This document shows positions 39,401-50,792 of a DNA stretch of 64,000 nucleotides, in pieces. The notes beneath the pieces are model-generated. The model searched no databases. It was given only the letters and a program-made list of their open reading frames with translations, and was not told where the DNA came from. The stretch is from assembly GCA_010093815.1 (NCBI GenBank), contig ML996578.1, one strand, 5' to 3'. This DNA comes from Pseudovirgaria hyperparasitica. Its lineage: Eukaryota. How positions within the stretch are numbered: position 1 is the first letter of the stretch; each line of letters begins with the position of its first letter. The translations under genes were made by a program, and so were the position numbers.

Positions 39401-40173
39401 CGACCATGTCGACTGAATGTGGGTTCAATGATATGAACATTATATCACTCTCCGGAAACTACTGTACCGATAAGAAGCCAGCTGCGATCAACTGGGTGAA
39501 CGGTCGCGGCAAGAGTGTGGTTGCAGAGGCCATCATTCCAGCTGAAGTCGTCAAGAGTGTCTTGAAGTGTACTGTGGATTCAATGGTCGAGCTTAACACT
39601 AGCAAGAACTTGATCGGTAGTGCCATGGCTGGCAGCATTGGTGGTTTCAATGCCCACGCTGCAAACATTGTTACTGCCATCTTCTTAGCCACCGGTCAGG
39701 ATCCTGCCCAGAATGTTGAGAGCAGCAACTGTATCACTGTCATGAAGAAGTAAGTCACATTGTGAATACACGATCTGTTCACATTGCTAACGTGACATAG
39801 CTACAAGGGCAACCTGCAAATATCTGTATCTATGCCCTCCATAGAAGTAGGTACCATTGGTGGCGGTACAGTTCTGGAGCCGCAATCGGCTATGCTTGAC
39901 CTTCTCGGCGTACGTGGGGCTATCCAGAACGCACCCGGCGAAAACGCTCGCCAACTTGCGAAGATAATCGCAGCCTCCGTCCTCGCCGGAGAGCTGTCTC
40001 TTTGTGGTGCGCTCTCTGCCGGACATCTCGTTCGTGCTCACATGAGCCACAATCGTAGTGCAGTGCCGTCAAGAGCCCCAACACCTGCACCAGCAACAGG
40101 TACACATACTCCCACTATAAACGCTTTGAAGGATGCCGCTTCTGGAACCAATAGTGTCGCACCACCAAGGTAG
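36498..40173 (+). CDS. HMG1: 3-hydroxy-3-methylglutaryl-CoA reductase (HPIH, sterol-sensing and catalytic domains); introns ~36843-36900 and 39750-39800
   Basis: [64 protein letters not shown], catalytic His in HMSHNRS. Confidence 0.98.
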
Positions 40174-40951
40174 TGATTGTCAAACTATGCTAGCATAGAT
40201 GCATTTTCCTCGGCGTTCTCAGGACATATACCTAGATTGAGAGGTACCAATTGTTACTCTCCAAGGCGGACTTGATGCCAAGTCCTCCGAATTTGATCCG
40301 ACTCTTCCTTTGACAAGTTGGACGCTGTCGCTAATTACTATATACTCTCCATTATCACTATATCGCACGGTATCAGATCACAGAAGCCAACTGAAGTGTG
40401 GTATCTGAACTCAGTATAGTAGACTGAGCAATTAGACCTCTAATCGAAACTTAAAATGCTACTCAATGCTTTCTGCTTAGTTGAAGGATATCAGATAATG
40501 TGCCCATGACACTGTATCATAACAATTACTCTTCACAGGTCCCGAGAATGATTTAGTGAAAACGCCTCATAGAGTGGGCCCGAGCATCGCAAAGCTGGAG
40601 GCCCTGCGCCACACCAGGGTCTTGCGATGCTAAACCCTGTAGAGTTGCGGCGGCCGCGATAGCTGAGAAACCGGGCACCGCCTCAATTGCTGCACCGTAC
40701 ACCTGCAAATCCACTCTCACCTCTAGGGGTCGCAGAGTCTGTTGTCACTCATAAACAATAATGTCAAGTCTTTAGCGATTTAGGTCTCGAGTCGTTCTTG
40801 CTTTGAAGCGCTCTCGTCCTCCCACTGACAGACAGGCCCCCCATCCTAAGCGCCTGATCTTCATCAACAACCTATCTTGAGCTTAAGTACATAGAGTCTG
40901 CAGACCCTCTCTTGTACGTCGCATGAAAAGTTCTTTTGCCTTAGTATCACC

Positions 40952-42334
40952 ATGAGGCTTCCAATCTTGGAAAGAACCACTGTTTCTCTCGCGAAGAGGG
41001 CAGACGACAAGGGCAGGACGACTCTTATAATAGTAAGCCAGTCCTACGAATACTGTCTAATAAAGTCACGCCTTTTGACTCACTTTGATTAGGTTGCTGC
41101 TCTCGTCATTGGTCTTCTGGTCCTCTCAATCACCTTTCATTACTTCACAAGAGCCGCGCGAGCTAGAGCGAATGGAACAGCAGGCAACCCCACATCAGTA
41201 GGAAGAGGAGGCATATGGAGCCGTTGGCCATGGCAGCAGAAGTCTAATAGGGGTGCATACTCTTCGAGCTTGCAAGGAGACGAATTAACACCTTCGGCAC
41301 ACCGCAGTCAGGCAAGCATCAATGCTACTCGCGATGCGGACACAGAAATGGCCGCTTCGGCAGCAAACCCAAACGTCCCTGCGGAAGGCGGCGTGGATCG
41401 AAATACATCAGTTAGGAGTGTTATGACCCTTCCTGCATACTCGCTTGCCGCACGGGAGAATGAACGGATTTTAGGAAGGGAGGGAGAGCGTGCGGGGATA
41501 GATGTCGTCATCGAGTATCCAGAAGCCGACGAGGAGGAGGAGGCCCGCAGAGAAGAGGAGATGAACTCTCTATATCAGATACGAGTCGCTCGAAGGGCTG
41601 AAGCTGCGGAGAGAGAAGAACGACGGAGGCTCCGCCGTGAGGCTAGGGCTAGGGGTGACATGCAGGCCGTTGCAGAAATACGTCGACGCGCAGAGAGCGC
41701 AGCTTCGGAGAGCCTTTCTGCGCAGCTTATCGCGGAACATCAGCTTGTCAATCGTGAGAGGCGGGTATCATCCGTGGATTACCGTAATGTTGGCCTCGCG
41801 ACACATGACGGCACTCGTATACGCGCGAACTCCAGTGAGTCTGACCGACGACCTCTTCTGGATTCGGCTGCTTCGATGGCTGAGAGCCACAGAACACTAT
41901 CGACCGATATGGGACATACAAGAGGTCGCTCAGGCTCGTCAGTGCTATCCTTGTCAACGAATGCTTCTGACGAGGATATGACTACACAACGAACGATAAG
42001 TCGCACAAGTGGCAATACAGACTTCGAGATCATCTCATTGCGTCATAGCGACACGCCTTCAGCTAGCCACTCGGCATACGACATGACTCCTGGCAGCGAT
42101 ATGGGAGTTCAGTCCATCCCACAAATCGATCCTCCAGTCTATGATGACTTGGCAATAGAGGATGCACCTCCGTACGAGAGCCCTGTGAGCTCAAGACCTC
42201 CACCATTTCCGAATATAAGCCAACGTCATATCTCTGGAAGAAATGCACCGCAGCTGCCTGATATCGAGCGTTTACCGTCAATTCGCGTAACCAATGTTTC
42301 ACAGGACGCCAGAGCGAACGCATCGTCACAGTAG
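40952..42334 (+). CDS. Uncharacterised single-pass membrane protein with coiled coil and PY motifs; intron 41033-41092
   Basis: Spliced N-terminal TM (TLIIVAALVIGLLVLSITFHYF) in frame with the 41270-42334 ORF; LPAY and PPVY motifs. Confidence 0.78.
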
Positions 42335-42743
42335 CTAAGGAAGAAACATTTATGAGAAACAGTCAAGTTGTTGTCTCAAGATAAGATTCCAGTTGAAGCG
42401 ATTGAGATATCTGGCGCAGTTTGGGTAGTCACGAGGTATTAACGCGTAAATGAAAGGGCGAGGCATAGCCTTTGGGGTGCCATAATTATTATGTGAATAT
42501 TGTTGGGGGCGTGTTCAATGTGGTCTCATGTGAGAGATGTTTGGAAGATACAGACATATACATTGTTTCTGAGTGGTTACCTCATTCAAGTTGGATGTAT
42601 CGTTCTATTATTCGGAAACGAGTAATCAAGAGGTGCTCTTCCAAGTCTGATTCTCAACAGTACAGTACTAGTTCATAAGTTCCCGAGGTCATGCCGTTTT
42701 TGAGCATCTCGTTCTAAATTACTATAAAAACTCCATATGATTA

Positions 42744-42927
42744 TGTTACACCCACGTCCCTAATTATGTATAGACTTTATAATTAGCTCTAAAAATATAT
42801 AATCTTTTACTACCTTATATATAAGGTAAAGAATTATAAGATTCTATCTTCTTATAGATAAATTAGAAGAGATATAGATATTATAAGAAATAGATATATA
42901 TAGACCTCTAAAATAAGTATACGTAAC
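42744..42927. mobile_element. Solo-LTR-like relic (~184 bp), RIP-mutated
   Basis: Termini TGTTAC...GTAAC, flanked by direct repeat GATTA (42739-42743 and 42928-42932); TpA-rich interior. Confidence 0.65.
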
Positions 42928-43218
42928 GATTATAAAGTATACCTATAAGATACCCACCAATCGGAGATTACCGATAGTCACATGACTCTCAGCTCGATAC
43001 CAGGCCACATTTTCCACCGATCTTGATGTCTACGCTACACGTAATTAAAGCCCTGATAATATCATCTGAACTCTCCTACGCGGAGCAAGGTATATGCAGG
43101 AACGGGTCGGCCACGATCCGGGCTCGAACTTGCCATTGTGGCGTAGTGTCATCGAGTACCTCTAGGTACCTACTATTACTTCGTGCAGCTCTCTAAATAT
43201 TTAACGATCTAAGAATGC

Positions 43219-44670
43219 TTATTTTATTCGCATGCCCTCCATAGCAGACTCCCGATCCTTTTGACATGCAAGTGTATCAGGATGTAACGCACCAAGTTTA
43301 AGCTGGTATCCAACGCAGGCTCGCTCGTAGAGTTCTAGAGATGTCTTATAAAGGCGCTGTTAATGGAAGAGGAATGCGAGATGGTATACGCTATAAAGCG
43401 TGGCGGGATGATCGTGTCCAAGCGACTTCTCTCTCCCATCTAACGCTCGTCGAAGTAGCGCTTCGGCCTCATCGTACCTCTCCTGGCGCTCTAATACCCA
43501 CCCAAGGCTATCAACGCTAGTGAGCGTGTCGGGATGATCGTGTCCAAGCAACTTCTCTCTGCCTTGTAGTGCTCGCCGTAATAGTCTATTCGCCTCGTCA
43601 TACATACCTTGATAGGTTAGTATTTCACCTAAAAAATCTAAAGCCTCGACTTCCTCTCGTCTTTGTCACTATTGTTTTCCTGGCTTTCACAACCCTCTAA
43701 CAGCTTGCGGGCAGTCTCCTCGGCTGCTCTATAACACCTTTGACATATGAGCGCATTTCCGAGTCTGCACAGTATACTCAATCTCTCTAAAGAATTGGTC
43801 CCGGACGTGCTTTCCACCATATGGATCTGATCTTGCAGACGATATTCTTCATCTTCTCTATATCGCGATTGTCGACCAACGTGCACCCCGGCCTCAAAAA
43901 CGCCAGAGGTAGGCAGGAAGTTGCCGTGGACGTCCACGAGTGATCGGTATGCCAAACTGGGGCTCTTTCCAGTAAAGGCACTACTGCTAGTCTGAACAAT
44001 GCTTGAGATTGACACAGGAGGAGATATTATCTGCGGACTCTGGCCCGCTAGATATATGCCTCCAGGCGACCAGACCGAAGCGGTCGGCGAATACACAGAG
44101 TTCGGCGCAGGAGATCCTCGCTCAGAAATCGTATGGCATCCTACAGCAGACGGCGTGGCTTTGCTTCATCAGTAAGAAAACCCAGTAGCCGTCTCATGCT
44201 GACTTACATGCTGCCGGACTAGGCGCATAGAGGAAGCTGTCCACTACCTCGTGCCTCTTCATCCGCCGCTCAATCATCTGCGGCTCAACTTCGCTGCCTC
44301 GCACCTCAAATTTAAGCTGACCCTTGTTGGTCTCGATAAGCTTCCTCTTCTGACGCTTTCGCACGATCGCTTCCATCTCTTCTGGCTTGATATTCTTGTC
44401 CTTACCCCACTGACTGATTCGCGTTCGGTACTGCCGTGACCTATATCCATATTTGTATTAGCAGCCTCTATAGAGCCTATAATACTTCGCACGGGAAGGA
44501 GCGACATACTCAGCTTTGAAACCATATTCCGCCTCAATTTTCTGCCTAAACGTTTTTAAGGGCAACTTCTGCTCAACATACAAGTCGAGAATGCGTTCCT
44601 TATACGACTCCCAGTCGTCCGCGCGAAGGGTCGGCGCCTTGCGCTTTCGCGGCAAAGCAGGCGGGTCCAT
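43219..44670 (-). pseudogene. Clr5-domain + kinesin-light-chain-type TPR gene, disrupted; introns ~44441-44509 and 44159-44207
   Basis: Clr5 motif DWESYKERILDLYVEQKLPL...YGFKAE/SRQYRTRISQWGKDKN; LGHDHPDTL TPR repeats; frameshift near 43655 and in-frame TAA at 43360-43362. Confidence 0.8.
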
Positions 44671-45749
44671 GGACACTGCATGCTCAACATGAGTTCCTGG
44701 CACTGGCTGACTAGCACCAGCTAATGCCACTTCATATTGTGTGTTATGAGGTAGTGCTACAGATAGACTGAGCGGGTGGATAGCATGGCTGTGCAGATCT
44801 ACGACTTGTCCGTCTGTGTACTGTGCCTGCTTGAAAGCAGCCGTGCCTGAAGGAGGCGACCAATATGATTGGATATGGGGTAAAACTCCTATCCACGGGT
44901 TTTCACAGACTTGGATTTGGCAGATGTATCAGGTCTAGCGAGAACGTGTCGAAGTATCCTTCTGTTCTTTCTGTGGCGGACTTGCTGATAAGCCTCTGAA
45001 TGTACTGGGTATATGCGTCAGCTCACATTTCTCATGTGGATTCGTATCTTGCTGGCCCCGCAGCTATCCGTCCGTAACTTTTTCAGCGCAACTCTTGGCA
45101 CGTGTCGCGCCTTGGTGAAGTACGGTCTGAACCGGTCGTTTGCAGCATAGCGAATCACGAACAAGCAATCGCCCTGAGGTGTCGGCCATGCATTGCTCTT
45201 CTGCGGAATGACGAATTACAACGAATAACAACCCCTGATGGTGGAGAGTAGGGTCTACTTCACTTTGCCCTCTTGCCTACTGTAGCAGCGGAGTTGTACT
45301 GAGACGCAGCTACGTAGCTTGAAGAGGATCCAGAGACACAACACGGAAACAAAACGTCTCCCTGGTTTAGTGTTCAGAGAAGTCACTGGCCCATGTATAA
45401 GTATCTGTATTTCCAGCGCGCCACCAAGGTCGAATGTCTATTTCACCTGAGGCAAGCCGCAAAGTATATAAGGCCACACTCAATCCTTGTCTCCCTCCTT
45501 GTAGCCTTCCTACTTTGTATATTTAAACATGTCCTGTCACCCCTCGCAGTCTCTATATGGCTACCCTACCTCCTCTACCCCAAGTAGGAATGATCCTACA
45601 TCCAGCAAAGACGTTGAAAGTAAGGCTTGTTTACAGTACATGATGAGTATGAGATATCAATGACAAAGTCGGCCCAGGCTCAAGCCATATTGATCTTGGC
45701 TTCTTCGATCCATCAGACAAACAATCTAGCCAAGGTCGTGCAAGTACTA

Positions 45750-46572
45750 ATGGAGGTATGTCTCCGTCTATTGCGATATATCGGTTGCCTAATTGATGCA
45801 TTTTTAGCATGTCAACAGACCAAACTCGAGAATACAGTACATACTGTTGACCCAGTCAAAGGGCAAGCTGCCATGATAGAGCATGTTTCTTACTCTCAAC
45901 CTGATCTCTATACTAACAGCGGGCCCTGCCCAGCCACTACGACCTGGGAAATAGACTCAGCCAACATCTATGAGTTCGTATGGCCATACACTGGACTTGG
46001 AATGAGCTACTCCTCGAGCATGTCTGAATGGACAGCAAATGGGTGCGTAATCAAGCCAGCATCAACAACGATCACGATGATAAAACCTTACTTACATGTT
46101 ATATAATCCCTTGTCTTCCACACGTCTGCCTCCCATAATCACACAGAGCGACTCGACCGTGGAACGGGACGTTAGACATACCGATATCAACGAGCCTCAT
46201 TGCGCCTCGCAGCTCTTCACGCGTCCCTTGTCACCTGACATGATGTACACAAAACCTGGTCAGGATCGAATTACTGGCTTCGCCGTCGAGACATCCAACA
46301 TAAAAGACATCATCACTAAGATTGGATCTGTACTCCATAATGGCACATTCACGTGTGATGACGAAGGATGCGGAGGTAAAGTCTTCACTCGCCAGGCTGA
46401 TTTGAGGCGACATTACACGACACATCATGCCATAGACAAACCAACCTTTTGGTGTCATGTTCCGAGCTGTCGACGCAGTATCAGAGGAAAGGGAAAAGCT
46501 TTCCGCAGGAAGGACAAGTTGATGTCACACATTCAGAATATGCATTATGATGTGCAAGAATGGCACTCTTAA
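45750..46572 (+). CDS. C2H2 zinc-finger protein (5' exon structure uncertain)
   Basis: Two fingers: CDDEGCGGKVFTRQADLRRHYTTHH and CHVPSCRRS...FRRKDKLMSHIQNMH in ORF 46096-46572. Confidence 0.7.
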
Positions 46573-46897
46573 TGGGTTCCTATGTCCATTTTCAATGCGT
46601 CATCTACATATTTTTCGCATTGATCCTCCCGACTACGTCAAGTTTGTAAGAGAGGCCAGCGTCGTCAAGAAATATGTTATATAGTTCAAGTAAAGAGTGC
46701 TCGTTGGTTAGATTAAAGGATAATTAGTTCAGGCTACTTTCACTAGAGCGCCGTATTTATAGAAACTGCCTTACTTAGGATCATGTAACTGACGTCGCTC
46801 CCTGGATAACCTAATAGAAATCCCACATGCTCCGGCGCATCCTGGGGAACTTATGAACGGTAACTGTACATCTCGATATAGTACCGTACCTACCTAC

Positions 46898-47129
46898 CGA
46901 GGCTCGGGTAAATAAGTCATGGCCGCACTTTTTACCACTATAAGCTATAGCATATAAAGTATCTAAGTATTATAGCTAGCCTTTCATCTAATACTATTAA
47001 TAGATTGGATTTATATATACTTTAATAAGTAATATAATCTTTGTAGGTACTATATTAAATACTATTACTCTAATGTAGGCCTAGATAGTCTAAGTAAAAA
47101 GCGGCCACGACTTTCTTAGCTGAGCCTCG
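46898..47129. mobile_element. MITE / non-autonomous TIR element with ~37-bp imperfect TIRs and a 7-9 bp TSD
   Basis: Left CGAGGCTCGGGTAAATAAGTCATGGCCGCACTTTTTAC versus reverse complement of right end CGAGGCTCAGCTAAGAAAGTCGTGGCCGCTTTTTAC; TACCTAC on both flanks; RIP-like AT-rich interior. Confidence 0.8.
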
Positions 47130-47288
47130 TACCTACCTTGGGCGTTGGGTGTGCGCGGAGCTGCCCCACCTTCTTGAAACCCCGCCTCGCCGAGATGCAA
47201 CCAACCCAGTGAATAACGCCCACGAACGCCCGGATTGCCACAACCTTGTCCACGCGTAGGCGCACATCTCAATACCCCAGACACGACG

Positions 47289-48999
47289 ATGAGTGAGGAA
47301 TCAAAGCTTACCAAAGAGGCCACCTCGAAAGAGGCTGTGGCAGATGTTGATGCCGAAGTAAAGCAGGAATCACACGACCATGACGTTGACGGGAGCTCAG
47401 AAGAGGACGAAGATGAGGAAGCTGCAGATGGCCCCAACACCGAGAGTGCCGCAACTGGCGGAAAGAAAAAGAAAAAGAAGCGATCTAAGAGAAGCAAGAT
47501 CAAAGCAGCTCTGACGGGACAGCAAGACGAAAAGCTGAGCACCGATCAGCTTCACCAGCTACTCGACCAGAACCCTGCCTTGAAATCGGAGGTCGAAGCT
47601 AGAACAAAAGGCATGAGCAAGGAACAACTTAATGATATGCTGAAACGGTTAGATCTCTCTGAGATTCTTACCGGGCTGGCGCCTCAAGGAAAGAACAAGA
47701 AAGACACTGGTAGCCACAAGTTTTGGATGACACAGCCAGTACCGGGATACGAGGAGAAAATACAAGAGGAAGGCCCAATCAAGGTCATTGACCCAAACAC
47801 TATAGAGAAAGAACCATCGCAGATGTATCCTGGCTTTGAGTGGGTCACCATGAACCTTGAGGATGAGAAAGAGCTGGAAGAGGTGTACGATCTCTTGTCG
47901 AACCACTACGTAGAGGATGACGAGGCCATGTTCAGGTTCCACTACTCCAGTTCTTTCTTTGATTGGGCTCTCAGGGCACCTGGTTGGCGAAAAGATTGGC
48001 ATGTTGGTGTCCGCGCGACAACGTCTCGAAAGCTGGTCGCCTTCATATCTGCTATACCCGTCGAGATCCGAGTCCGTCAAAATCTAGTGAATACCTCGGA
48101 GATCAATTTCCTTTGCATCCACAAAAAGCTCCGTGGGAAGCGCCTGGCTCCCGTGCTCATAAAGGAAATCACTCGCCGGTCGTATCTGGAAAATACTTTC
48201 CAGGGCCTATACACGGCCGGCGTACTCCTTCCCAAGCCAGTATCTACCTGCAGATATTTCCACCGCAGTCTAAACTGGGAGAAGCTGTATGAAGTCGGCT
48301 TTTCTCCAATGCCTCCAGGATCCACAGTGACCCGGCAGGTTGCAAAATATAGACTGCCATCAAAGACATCGACCGCTGGCGCCCGGCCCATGGAAACAAA
48401 GGACATTGATGCAGTGCTCAGTCTATTACGTCGGTACCTTGATAAATTCGACTTTGTGCCCATGTTCACCCGTGACGAGGTCGAACATTGGTTCTTACAC
48501 AAACCCAAGGCGGATGACGAACGCGTTATCTGGGCCTACGTCGTCGAAGATACTTCTGGCAAGATCACAGATTTCTTCAGTTTCTACTGCCTAGAAAGCA
48601 CAGTCATCGCAAGTTCAAAGCACAAGGTCGTTAGAGCAGCATATTTGTACTACTACGCCACTGAAACAGCGTTTGGAAATGACCAAGATGCGCTAAAGAC
48701 TCGACTAAACGAGTTGATGAACGATGCCCTGATTCTGGCTCGTAATGTAAGTATTATCGCTCACAATGATACTTGGACCTACCAACTGACATTGTACGCA
48801 GGCAAAATTTGACGTCTTCAATGCACTCACACTTCTACACAACCCCTTGTTCCTCGAACAACAGAAGTTCGGCCCGGGAGATGGGCAATTGCACTACTAC
48901 CTCTTCAACTACCGCACAGCGCCGTTGCTTGGTGGTGTCGATGCGCAGAACAGCGCCTCGGACAAGTTCATGGGTGGCGTGGGGATTGTCATGCTGTAG
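47289..48999 (+). CDS. NMT1: Glycylpeptide N-tetradecanoyltransferase (N-myristoyltransferase); intron 48747-48801
   Basis: [48 protein letters not shown], spliced C-terminus FDVFNAL...[16 protein letters not shown]...GIVML*. Confidence 0.97.
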
Positions 49000-49834
49000 T
49001 GCGTGGACGTTTCGTCTTTGAGAGCCAGACCTGTCATGTATCCTGGGTATTTAGACACGGATGGACAAGAAATAAGAAACCACTTCGTGGTTTGTTTGGG
49101 AGACGGTCGATGAGCTAGAGTATGTCTCATCAGATGACAAGCCCGACTTGTATTACAAAAAAAGGTCACCAAAATTCTATTACGTGCCTACTACCGATTC
49201 ATCAAATCCTGATCGCTGAGAAGTAGGACACATTTCGTTTCATGTTGTGAAGCCCCCAACGTCCGCGACATATCGGGGCTCACTCTATTGACTCACAACG
49301 ACCTCGTACCTCGTCATATACGGGCAAGTAGAGTTGCCTTATCCAGTGAACAACATGGCCTGACACAAATATATCAACGTTGGGAAGTATTCTCAAGCTC
49401 CATGTTGATGATTCAGTCATTCGTTCCACGTCCTGCACTCCTCTCCTCTTCTTCTTGCATCACCAGCCCCCAATGAATCATGTGCTGCGTAAAGCGTAAA
49501 AGGTACATACATCGAGCCAGGACTTCGTGTCCATCGAAAATAACTACTTACAACGCTCTGCGATCTGCTCTGTCAAACTGGTGAATGAAGCTCTAGGCAG
49601 ATGCATCTACGGGAGTGACTCTACACGAGATAGATCTGCATATGTTACGTTTCTCGGCTCTTCATTCAAATTCATCGAACAAGCAAGTGTTGGTATATAC
49701 GTATTGACTTTCCATCAGTCTGGCCCAGCATGAGTGCTCTACGTATGCCTTACATATCATGACGTGTCATGAAACCCCAACGCCACCGCTATGCATATAT
49801 AGAGAGAACCCGAAGACGGAAAAGTAACATTCCC

Positions 49835-50792
49835 TTAAAACCACGCCAGTGTCCACGTCGCCGGTAAATTCGGCCATCGTTCCTGCCACGCAGCTAATAG
49901 ATCTGGCACGCGCTCATCAAAACCTGCTCTCGCGTCCCCGGCACCGTCCTCCCAGCCCCCGCTCCCATACCTATCCCTCTCCTCTGCCGCCGCTTTGTTG
50001 AGCACCGTGGCCAGGTCGAGAATGGCACGTCCGCCCACCAGCGCCTCTTCATGGTTGTCCTTGATGTCAACATTAAACACATGAACAGGCCTATTCAGCG
50101 GACTGCCCCTGTTGAGCAGATCATCGACGACAGCATCCCAACACCGTTCCTCGCACGTAATGACCACATCGACGACTCCGCCCTCGCAGCCTGCGGCGCC
50201 TCGGTCGGCTGTATGTGTGAGGCGCGGCACACCTGGTTGCCAGTCTTGCCAGCGCTCTGGGCAGCGCTTGACGGCCCGATTGCGTGCCAGCATGGGCAGA
50301 AGGCCATTGGCGGTGTACAAGCGTGTGTCTTTGGATGAGAGTTCGCGGTAGATGGAGTCGTAGGTGGGACCGTTGAAGTGGTAGACGTTGGGCTGGCTGA
50401 TTGAGGGCCCGGGGAGACGGACTTGAGAACCGGTGCCAAAGGAGATGACCGGGAGTGTTGTAGGTGGCTTCGTCAGGACGTGGTGGGCTTCCATAGAGCT
50501 GTTGTGGTGGGTCAGTATTTCCGTTTCCATATGATGTTGAGGTAGACACGTACCGATTCTGATTACTTGCGCATACAGTGCAGAACTTGAGAGAGAAGTC
50601 GGGAGGCTTCGGTATCGGAGGGTCGTCCGTAGGTGTGGTTGAGCGAGGGATGTCACCAGTGGCACCGTCTAGGTTCATGCTTGTGCTATCGGGGACAGAT
50701 TCTGGAGGCGGAGGAGGTGGTGGAGGTGGAGGGACTGGTGTTGATGAAGGTGTCGTAGCATTTTGACGTGCTCGCCTGGGATCGACCGTCAT
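49835..50792 (-). CDS. SSU72: RNA polymerase II CTD phosphatase SSU72; intron 50499-50553
   Basis: CX5R active site CASNQNRSMEAH across the splice junction; [29 protein letters not shown]. Confidence 0.95.

Noticed and set aside
19411..40173. IMPDH and HMG-CoA reductase as self-resistance genes of a mycophenolate- or statin-like cluster
   Set aside because: No PKS, NRPS, terpene synthase or tailoring genes in the window. Both look like full-length housekeeping copies: IMPDH has the ordinary KAYRGMGS and hosts the snoRNA; HMGR has the complete membrane domain.
43638..43649. PTS1 (SRL*) at the end of ORF 43638-44096
   Set aside because: It is produced by the frameshift in the pseudogene and is probably coincidental.
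47289..48999. TPP riboswitch suggested by the name NMT1
   Set aside because: This gene is N-myristoyltransferase, not the thiamine gene nmt1/THI5, and no TPP aptamer was seen.
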